A stretch of 56,034 bases of DNA, filler included, from Sphacelaria rigidula (taxonomy: Eukaryota): assembly GCA_964200075.2 (NCBI GenBank). It is 4 parts of 4 records of this genome, joined end to end, with 100 filler letters (N's around TTAATTAATTAA, not from the genome) between each part and the next. Parts side by side here need not be neighbours in the genome. Positions count along the whole stretch, not along the records: positions 42,102 to 56,034 come from CAXNAA020002575.1; 3 more parts are not named here. One strand, 5' to 3'. Shown in pieces: positions 46,401 to 56,034 of this stretch. Position 1 is the stretch's first letter. Each line of letters begins with the position of its first letter. Below the pieces are notes generated by a model. The model was given only the letters and a program-made list of their open reading frames with translations, had not been told where the DNA came from and ran no database searches. A program made the translations under genes and the position numbers.

Positions 46401-49400
46401 TTTCTTTGTACGGCGCCCGGGCAGCGCGTAGAGGAGGATGAAGGACGAGCGCTATTTCGGCAGGTACAGAAAGGTCTCACCGCTGAAGGAAGACGCTTTT
46501 TCTTGGCTGATTCTCGAGACAAGTATGATGGACTTCGGGCATTCAATACATGGGAATAATGATCGAGCAAAAGGGTACGAAACACAGTCGGCGGACAAAG
46601 ACAATAGAGCACGCACGTTCCTTTCCTTCGACTGAATATCTTACGATTATGCAAGCGTTAATCATCGATTCTGTTAGTCAGAAGAGCTGACGCGTCTCGG
46701 TGTGGCTTGGAAGGGTTTCTCGATGACCCTGGGCAGTATTTGATCTTACTTCATGCAGCAAACCGATGGCGACCCTTCTGCACATTTCTGCTTGCTGGCC
46801 GTTGCGTTTTTTTTTTTTTTTTCAGTACCGCGGCAGGTACCGGTGTCGTGGTTGTTAAAATGCATACCTTCATTGCTTCTACGTGCACGGTTACAAGCGT
46901 TTACCAGGCCGGTGTTCTTTTCTGGATAAAGGTCCACGAAAGTAAACAAACACAACTCAAAGCTCCAACCGTGACCCTCACTGCGACTCAAACCGATGGA
47001 CAACGTGTGTGCTGGCGACCATTAACGTGGGCTAGGTGCCCCAGTAGGGCACATCGCAGTGTGCGCTGGTGAAGCATCAATCTGTACTAGAGTGGAGGGC
47101 GGGGGGGGGGGGACGCTGTGCATTATGCGCTGGTAAAGCATACATCCAGGTCAGCGTACACTGGTACAGCACCGTGCAGGGTACCCTAGTAGGATACACA
47201 TCTATGTTCGCGTCCAATGGTGTATCGTCGTACGGTGTACGCAGAGATGGGCGTCCTAAACTGACATTCCAGATGAATGTGACGTCTCAGTTGGATGTTC
47301 CAGATTGACGTGAAATCCCGGGTAAATATCCCTGATGGATATCCTAGATGGACCTTCATATTCCAGATTGACATCACAGATGGGTATCCTAGATGAATGT
47401 CTTCTTCCTGGGTGAAAATCGCAAATGATGATTTATGTTCCGAATGGACGCCCCAGATGGACGCCCAGATAGGTATACTATACGTATCCCGGATTGAAGC
47501 TGCATACTGGTGCAGAACCGAGCTGCGGTTGACTTTTCCTCCGACACCTACTCGTATTGTTTCATCAGATTGTGAGTGGAGTGGGCTACGCACACAACCA
47601 GCACATTTGCCACCGCGATATGAAGCTGGACAACGTGCTCCTGTCTCGGACGGGGTGTTTGCGGGGGGTCAAACTGGCCGACTTTGGTCTCAGCGACTTC
47701 TACCGGCCAGGTGCTACCATGCGCACCAACTGTGGGTCGATATCCTACCTCGCACCTGAGGTAGGTACATACGCGCTTCGCTGCGTCGGGGACGGCGGGG
47801 AAGGAAAGCGTACGACTGAAGCCCACTAGTTCCTGAAATTTTGACATTGTAGCCGAGTGAAGCTTTTCGATCAATCTATGGCCAAGTCATTGACGAAGAT
47901 AGTAGTCACCCATGAGTAACATATATATTGCCACCAAACCTGAAACGCGATGGTCACGGTAGGGCAGGGTGGGGAGGGGAGGAGCGGCAACGAACACGGA
48001 AAAAAAGGATGATTGTCGGCTACGGCCCTAGTACTTGCTGACAAATGCCTTTTTCGCAAGTAAATACATTTTACGTTGCCTCTCTACATGGTCTATGATG
48101 CATGTCCGCATGCATGATCAGGTCTTTCGTGGGACGTCAAACGCGGGGCCGCCCCTCGACGTGTGGTCACTAGGGGTGATTATGTTCGCGCTGTTGTGCG
48201 GTCGGCTTCCATTCGAGGGCACCGATCTGCAGGTGAATAAACAGAAAGTACATTCTTTTGCTAGCGTACGCCGGTACGGTGTATAACGCAGATCAACGGA
48301 CTTCTGTTTTGCTACAGAACGCGTGAAGTAGAACTCTTGCCCCGTGTTTGACAGAACGATGTTGGCTGAATGATGCTACCAGCATTTTGAGACAATAGAA
48401 TGACTGAGCTGCGTCAAGCAGTATACGCAAGGTGATACTGCGATCGATGTCTTATGAGCCGACTTTTTTTTCTATCACTCTCTGTATCCCAACGGTCGCC
48501 AGGGAACAAATCGCCCGCGGGAGGCCACCATTCGACGTCGGATTATGGAGTGTCGCTACAAGCCTGCGGAGTCATTGTCTCCAGAAGCGAAGGTAAGGGA
48601 GAAATAACGTGGAGGCAGCATTGAATTGTTTTTTGCACGTATGACCTTTTGTGTGTGTTGTCATCTCATCCCTATCCTGGATGCCAGTCTACACCTTTCG
48701 GTATATGTGGGTGCCGAACACAGGAGGAAGGCCAACACAGAATTTTTGTACTTTGTTTTCTTCATACAACATCTTCCTTCTGCAGTGCTTGCCTTATGTT
48801 TTATCGCGAGAGGGGTTCAACGGTCCCTTTCCCTCGTCGACCGTGAAGTTGAATTTTGTGTACCCGTGTGACATAGTCGCTCTCTACTATCGGGCATGTA
48901 GTGAGAAAAATGCCAGATCGTGTGACTGCACCGAAACTCGAACCCATGGCCCAAACCGTCACAAGGATTCAAGCTTACCAACTCAGCTACCGGGGCAACC
49001 GACTCTGTTTTGCGCTCGGAAAATCCTTGGATCATCGGTTGTCCATTGTGGGCAAAGCGTGATGAGCTGCTTTTTTGCTGGACATGGTCCCCTGATAGAG
49101 ACAGATTGTCTTTTTTTGTGTTCCGCGTACTGGCGCGTGTGCACTGCCATCTCGAGTGTTCTCAGAATGACGGCTAGGATGTTCTCGCGACTGACCAGGT
49201 GATATCCGCTGTGGACCCTTCGTCGGGAATACCCGTTGTCGCCCGCACAACACTATTTTGAGAAAAAGTGGACTGAAACCATCGCACGACTTTACTCCGG
49301 TAGATTCAGGATTGCCAGTCAAACCCGCAAGTAGTGTTGATTGATACGTCCGGATCACACGGTTATGTACAGGGTGTTTACCTATAAATGTTGTTCATTT

Positions 49401-52400
49401 TGCATTCGTCTGTTGCATCACAACCCTTAACTAACGATGCGTTCACCGCGTGTTTCAGGACTTGGTGAGGAGGATGTTGAAGCTTGACCCCAGCGAGCGA
49501 GCCTCGATACCGGAGATCTTTAACCACAGCTGGCTCCGATTCAGGAACGTCACCACCCTTGATCCCCAGGTGTGCATGCTACGTTTGCGTTACAAAAACT
49601 TCGAATAGGTTTTTGCGAGTACTCTTTCTAATTCCCTTGGCATGGCGGATACGCATATAAGTGTGGGGTTTTAATCCCTTGATGGCCACGTTGCTGCAGG
49701 TTGTACAAGGACAACGCGATCAATTTTCTTCGCCGATCTGTTCCTTGCCGAGGACAGTTTGAACGCGAGGCATTGCGGCCTCTAAGTAGGCAAACGTAGC
49801 CTTTCTGTTTCTCATCGGTGTCGCCAAAACGTGAAGCGACATTTTGTCCCCTGCAGGAACCGTACATCATTTACAACTTCCGTTATTTACACACATTATT
49901 GCAAGGGTTGGACAAATAATGATTCGTCTGGAAATACTTGGTTTTAGTATAATTGATTCGAATCGTGCGTATCAACCCCCAGGCTTTGTTTTCAGCGTTG
50001 CAACCCAGATACACGTAGCCCAGACACGTAGAATGGCGCAAACATTGCGTGGATACCCCTTGGACCAGCAGTCATTTTTTTTCTCCCTTTTGGGCAATGA
50101 GGCGGAAGAAATCGTGGATTTTGTGATTCGTAGTCGTGGTGATTCGTCCTAACCGTGAATCCTTGCAATAAACGATGGCTGTGCGATGCATTTTGGAAGT
50201 TCCTTGCGACGAGCGGAGGTATCATTCGGGCCAGCGTAATCGGTGGTCGTCGAGCGGTGATCGACGTTGCGTTCGTAAAACCATTGCAGAAGCAGACGCG
50301 GGATCACTCACTCTCACAGCGCAGGGTGGCTTGGCCTAACTCCTGATGTCATCATCTCAAAAATCAGCGGGGCGTGTCCTCAAAGCTCCGCATTAGCGCA
50401 GTCTACGATGATTTCAATGCATCATAATAGTAGCTATAATGCGCTCTAGGCGCCGAAGTTGCCCTGACACGATTTTCCACATACTACAGGATTGAAATAT
50501 TTCCGATTTATCGGGTATCATCTCCCCAAATTCTTGATACGATGCCCGAAAATGAGCCCCATAACATATTCTGGTATTGAAATTTATGGGAATATCGATA
50601 CGGCTTTATATCTGATGAGTATCGCAGGTAACCACACGTTCTACCCTATTCACCCGTTTTCCACTATACAAGTGTGGGATGGGTTCATGACTTGCACTTC
50701 CAGGCCGAACTAGCGGTGCCTTTTCGATTATTCTTTTTGTTTCTGAGCCGCTCGTGGACTTTCTGCGTAGAGGTTGTGTCCGCCTGGGGTTCTACATGCT
50801 GCTGAAATATTTCATAGATAGGACAGATCAGCTCTATGTAGCTCGAGCTAGTTCGTTTGAGCGTAGGTCCCTGCTAAGCTGTGAGAGTTACATGAGCTAC
50901 GCATGTTCGCCCCAGGTGAGCTACCAGACGTAGCTTATCCGCACATATTTATTTCCTGGGGTGAGCTACACACGTGTGAAAGCTACGCATGATTCGCCAA
51001 GGAATAGCTGTTTTTGTTCACGTGTTTATGGCTGTGTCACGCATCTGTATTTAGTGTTCAGCATCGGTGGATGTTGTTTGGAACCTCCGGGGCGCTCCGA
51101 ACCCTAGCCGCCACACACTCACGGCCACACAACCGCCCGCATGGCGACCGTCGGGTGCAGCAGCTCTAGCGGCACTTCAGTCGGGCATGATGCGCCATTT
51201 TTTTCTTTTTCATGTCCACATATTCGCCTTGCCACACACACATGTATTTAGGGGGTACGAGGCACAAACATATATGTATGTATATGTATATATATATCGA
51301 CGTACATCCAATTGTGTAGAGAATGACCAAAAATGCCTCACAGACAGAAGTGGTTCCCGGCATGATGCCTGCGCAGCCCTTATACGTGGTCACATTGCCT
51401 ATCGCTCGTACCATGTGTGGGACCTACAAACCAGGAAGCTATCTGCTCATGTCATGAGTTGTCAACCTCCGCGAGATTATAACACGAACACTCTACCATG
51501 CCCTCCCGCATGTATGGTTACTTGCGCTTTGGTTACCAGACGGTCAGAAATATTCCCGAAATGAGAAAGCCATGGAATGCACACGGCAACAATTCCTGAC
51601 GCTTCGCACTCGAATTTATCCTCGAAATGTCGAATCGTACGAGACCACAGCCCGCACAAAAGGACGACCGGGGCGGACTGCGGGATGCGTTTCCTGAAGG
51701 AGGTGGCTTAGGCGCAAGCCCTCGAATTTCTCATGGCGGAAGCGAAAGGGGTTCTCCCCGAAATTCCACCTTATCCCGGGCGTCGAACAGTCCCCGCTTG
51801 GCTCCCCTCTCCCAAAGGTCTCCGTCACCTCCTGGTAGGGGCGTACTTGAGTGCTGGTGATACAAATACGAATGCTACCGACACGTGACCGTGCGCTCTT
51901 TACGCGCCGTAAAATTCGCATTACCAACACCTGTATCATTTGATGAATCTACCTTTACCAACCAGCCTTTAGTTACAGCACCTATTTTTTCGGGAAGATC
52001 GTATCTGCCTCTTCGATCGGACACCCCCCGCCTAGTAATCCGTCTCCCAGCGATCTTCGTCCCGATGAACCGAGCGGTAAACTATCGAAAAGGATAGCGG
52101 TAAAAATATCACGTTGTATCAGTTGTAACGACTACGCTCTACCGGTAGTCCAACTAGGTGTCGCTGAAACTAATGTTCCCAGATTCTTCGCCTTGCTTAC
52201 GTCTACCCCCGACAAAAAGAGTCATTTGCATTCAAATATTGCTGAAGCAATCCATTGCTTGGAAGACTATGCTTGCACTCTCTCTTTACGACCAGGTAGA
52301 CGGTTCACACTTGCAGGTCAACAAAGGCACAGATCACCGAAAACGTGATCTAGATGGAACAGATCAGTGCCGAATCTGATCTGAACCGCTTCAGATCATT

Positions 52401-54992
52401 TCACTTGATCTAAGTATAGCGCCATAAATAACTCGGTCACAGTGTACCATTCTAAAACCAATATAATAGCGCGCGCGACCTGATCTGGAGACCTCATATC
52501 ACCGAAAAAGTGTTCTAGATCACACAGATCAGTCCCGAAAATGATCTAGATTACTTCAGATCACATTAATTGATCTCATTATGGAGTAAAATTCACTTGT
52601 CTACAGTGTAGTGCCCCGAACACGCACTATCCGCCTCTTCACGTACGTTATGTTGTGTCGGATGTTGACTCGAATGCATATATTATATCCGACTGTTCTC
52701 AGAACATGATAACTGCAGGGGCGACCCGCCTGCTCGTCAAAACATCCGCCGTTAACAGCAGCAGTAGTGTGTACTGCATCGGGTCATGTTTCTTCATGGT
52801 GGTGCTTCGTGAGAGCGTTTGAGATCTTTAGATCCTTGAGGAGACTCATGGCAGACCGCGAAAAAGGGGGGCGATATGCTCTTTATGTGAAGACGTGTTA
52901 CGCTGTGCTTGCCGATCACAGTCGCTCGTCGCAAATTAACATGAATTAAGTAATACTGCGTGGTAACCAGGTGCATCGTGGTGTGGAGCAGACACAGCTT
53001 TTCTTGTGTTTCGCAGGTGTCTTGCAATGGGAAACGCTACTTCACGTACACACATATATAACCGCCGATCATCGAACTTGGGGATGGAGCTTTTCTTTGA
53101 GGATGAAAACCCGGAAAATTAAAATCTTCGTATCCACACCAAATCCTCCAAATATGATTCCATTCCTTCATCTACTGGAAGCTAATGACAACTACTACAC
53201 GCCCTACAAATTTAGACTTCGATAACCGAAATGTTGGGGTCCTAGGTGAAGAAACAATTTTCGGGAATTCAGGTGATTCGATCGGATCGCCGAAATTCCT
53301 CGGAATTGGTCTTTCACCTAGGACCCCAACATTTCGGTTATCGAAACCTGAATTTGTAAGGCGTGTAGTTGTCAAGAGCTACCAGTAAGTGAAGGAATGG
53401 AATCATATTTCGAAGATTTGGTGTGGATACGAAGATCTCAATTTTCAATTTTCCGGGTTCTCATCCTCGATGAAAAAGCTCCATCCTCTATTTCGATGAT
53501 CGACTGCTATATATACGAAGGAGTAACAAAGACTATGAGCCATGTTACCAGGCGAGATGGATTTCCAAATTACCATTTGGTTACCATCTGGATTTACAGA
53601 AGCAGAATAGCAAGATACCCCGCATCTTGTCTCGTCTAGATTCTTCATAGGGATACCGACCACCTTAGCCACCCTATCCTAATTAGTTTCACCAAACTCT
53701 CATTTGCAATCAAAGCCGAAAAGAACAGCCACTGAAAGGACTGGCCATGTCTCAATATTTACCTGCAATGCTTGTCTTGGGTTTCGCTTCGAATGACCGT
53801 ATTCATGCGCCCGTGAAGCACATTGGTGTAGCCCCTCAAGTTCCTTTGAACACCCTCGCATAGCCTGCCTTGAGGCTCCCATCCCCGCCGTAGTATTTGT
53901 TTGGGTTAGCGTCGGTTGGCAACGGCGCTGAAAACCACGCCATTCACTGCGTAAGGTAGGCAACCAGGTTATCGTTTTATTCTTGCTTGCGTTTTTCTTT
54001 GCGGTAACCATAGTGGTAGTCGAGCCAGATCATGTTGTGCGGGGTGGAGAACCTCAACTCCGCGCAAAGGGAGTGATGGTACTAAGTAGTGTTTACATGG
54101 TGAGCCATCTATGAGGCAGTGTGTAACGGGTGGAGAACCTCCACTCTACGCAAAGGGAATGATCGTACCACGTGGTGTTTTATGGCGAGCCACCCATGAG
54201 GTAGTGTGTAGCTCATGTGCGTCTTTGAAAGTGGCGATACCAGAAAATGAAGCAGCTCATCGGAGGCTGTCATCCAGTTGCAAGATAATCAGTACGCTTC
54301 GGCCCAAATAATCTCAGCAAGATGCAGCTCACTCTTCATGCGACTCGCCGAACAAATCACGCCCGGTCGTGCATACTGGTGATTGCGAGCCTGGCCCGGC
54401 GTAAACCCGGCATACTCCGTCTCGGCTTTTGTAGGGATGCGAAGTCGATGGTATTACGACCGCGGCATGCAAGATCACGAGTACATCCCCGCTGTACTGT
54501 ACGCGCGGCTGCATCTATTATTTCTCGTGTAATTAGTTCACCGTCTTGAGGTCTGATGTCGCACGGTTCATGGTAGCTGCTGTGTGAACCCAGCAATTCC
54601 TGCTGGTGGTTCCGTCCATTGCAAACGTCACTTTCACCAACAATTCCGTGCAAACCTCTTTTTACAGATACACACAAAAAAACTCCTCTCTTTACTCCGA
54701 CCACCTAGGCACTAGCGACTACAAAATCCCGGAACCGTCGCGGCAGTGTTCACCAGATTCCCCCAGGCGCACGGGCGCAACGCTCGACCCGCTAGAGTCC
54801 AAAGCGAGAGGAGGCGGTGCGAGCGAGTGGCTGTCGAGTCCGGCAGACGTGGGCGGCGCGGGAGCATACGATGTGGATATGTTTAAGGTTGCCGCGTTTG
54901 CGGTTCGAGCTACGGGTATAAGGGAAGAGGCCGAATCGAAAGAGTCTACATCTGGGCGACACAGTGAAGGAGAAGACGACGGGGATAAAAAG
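43466..54992 (+). CDS. AMPK/SNF1-related (CAMK group) Ser/Thr kinase, incomplete at both ends; exons 43466-43614, 45715-45862, 46291-46463, 47569-47760, 48122-48232, 48503-48592, 49459-49569, 51651-51834, 54709-54992
   Basis: All kinase subdomains appear in order after splicing: LGKGGFGEV, VALK, TEIQCL..LKHPNII, HRDMKLDN, DFG..MRTNCGS..YLAPE, DVWSLGV..GRLPF, DLVRRMLKLDPSER..HSWL. An SP/R-rich tail follows. Every junction is GT-AG and in phase. Confidence 0.93.
48740..49002 (-). mobile_element. tRNA-derived SINE, intronic
   Basis: Minus-strand head CCCCGGTAGCTGAGTTGGTAAGC (A-box) ... GGGTTCGAGTTTCGGTGC (B-box), followed by a non-tRNA body. The far boundary is approximate. Confidence 0.65.
52325..52610 (+). 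repeat. AGATC-rich degenerate tandem/subterminal repeat
   Basis: cacagatcaccgaaaacgtgatctagat...cttcagatca recurs at about 52328 and about 52495. Confidence 0.6.
53055..53515. mobile_element. Near-perfect palindromic foldback MITE (about 460 bp) in a kinase intron
   Basis: The arms pair along their whole length, e.g. tcgataaccgaaatgttggggtcctaggtgaa / ttcacctaggaccccaacatttcggttatcga (32 bp exact). TATATA occurs at both ends and the loop is near 53280. Confidence 0.9.
54041..54212 (+). repeat. Two-copy tandem duplication, unit about 86 nt
   Basis: gggtggagaacctc.actc..cgcaaaggga.tgat.gtac...atgg.gagcca.c.atgagg.agtgtgta occurs twice. Confidence 0.8.
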
Positions 54993-56034
54993 GTGCTTCT
55001 TTTGTTTATAGACTACACATCATACAAAATTCTCTGTAAATACGCGGAATGCGAAACCGTTCAGTAAAGATCGGATACAAGCAGAATTAATATATCGCCA
55101 CGTGGGAAGCACGTACTCGATGTTTGTGGGGTTCGGTGATCCCGGTCCCTCAGATAACATTCACAAGGATCACCTCTCGCGACCAAGAGCTTGCGAGCTG
55201 TGTAGTATGGCAAAGGAAGACTCACTCTCGCTTGGACTACTAACCTGTGTGTGTTTCCCCAGTACATCAACGAACCCAGACTGTACACGCCGAGCACCGA
55301 CACAGCACCCGTGGCAGCCAAATGTACGTATATTTGGCGTCGACAGTAGGGCACAAGATTCTCAGGCCATTGATAGCTCTCAGCGGCTGTACCCATTTCA
55401 TTCATTCGGCTATTTTACGGAGTTTATGCAAGTTCCAACTTCCGTGTGGTTTCGAAAATTTGTAAGAGCGTCACAGTTCAGCGGGATCGTGTTTTCATCT
55501 TGAGCGCCCGAGTGGCGAATGTTTATGTCGGCGGCACCTGTGCTTCGTTCCCGCAGAGTATTCTGTGTAAGGCTCTACGGTCGTTTGTACAAGGTTGGAG
55601 TCGTACTAGATGTATGAAGCATATCGCTTTGCTTGGTTGTTGGGGATATTTTCGACGGTCATTATTTCTTCATGCCTCGAAACATTTTGTAACCGCAGCG
55701 CAAAACGGGAATTCAGTAGAAGTACAGACACGACGGTAAGGTATAATTTACCCATTCGAGGAGAGCTCGTATAATGCTCACCGAGCTTTGCGTGGCAAGC
55801 CAAAATGATATTAACTCCACCACAGGTTGGGATTAGTTCCCCATTTCCAGAGGTGCTGGAAGGTGCGACATACCTGAGCAGACCTTTGTTATTCATTGGC
55901 ACGGGTACGCCTTGTGTGTACGTTTCGATCGATCGGTAAAAAGAGCTTCTAGCCGATATCTCTACCCCCCCCCCTACGCTCAATCTCGCCCACTTTCTCC
56001 ACTTACCCTCCCCCCCCCCTCCCCACCCCCCCCC

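Noticed and set aside
48925-49002. Possible tRNA genes here and at 23790-23870, 24180-24230, 29530-29600 and 35920-35996
   Set aside because: A/B boxes are present, but I could not form acceptor and anticodon stems and they run into repeat bodies. Better explained as SINE heads; tRNAscan-SE would settle it.

Overview
This is eukaryotic, intron-rich, repeat-rich DNA, most consistent with a brown alga (Phaeophyceae, Ectocarpus-like), given the EsV-1-7 repeat gene, long GT-AG introns and tRNA-headed SINEs. The window is not one locus. It is four near-equal contigs (1-13935, 14036-27968, 28069-42001, 42102-56034) joined by identical artificial 100-nt spacers (N44-TTAATTAATTAA-N44), so nothing can be inferred across the joins. 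Contig 1 holds the 3' part of a TRAPPC10/Trs130-like gene and a LINE remnant. Contig 2 holds an intronless array of about 18 EsV-1-7 (CCCH-type, 38-aa) repeats with a hypervariable triplet in each unit, recent internal duplications and a decayed 5' end, plus a hAT-type MITE with an 8-bp TSD. Contig 3 holds a patatin-like phospholipase (minus strand, 3' end off-contig) head-to-head with a complete three-exon coactosin/ADF-H gene that the ORF track misses and that probably uses a GC-AG intron. Contig 4 holds an AMPK/SNF1-related Ser/Thr kinase with a KHA/DCX-like N-terminal module, incomplete at both ends. Introns and intergenic DNA contain many foldback MITEs, SINEs and nested insertions. All gene models were spliced by hand and no database search was run.
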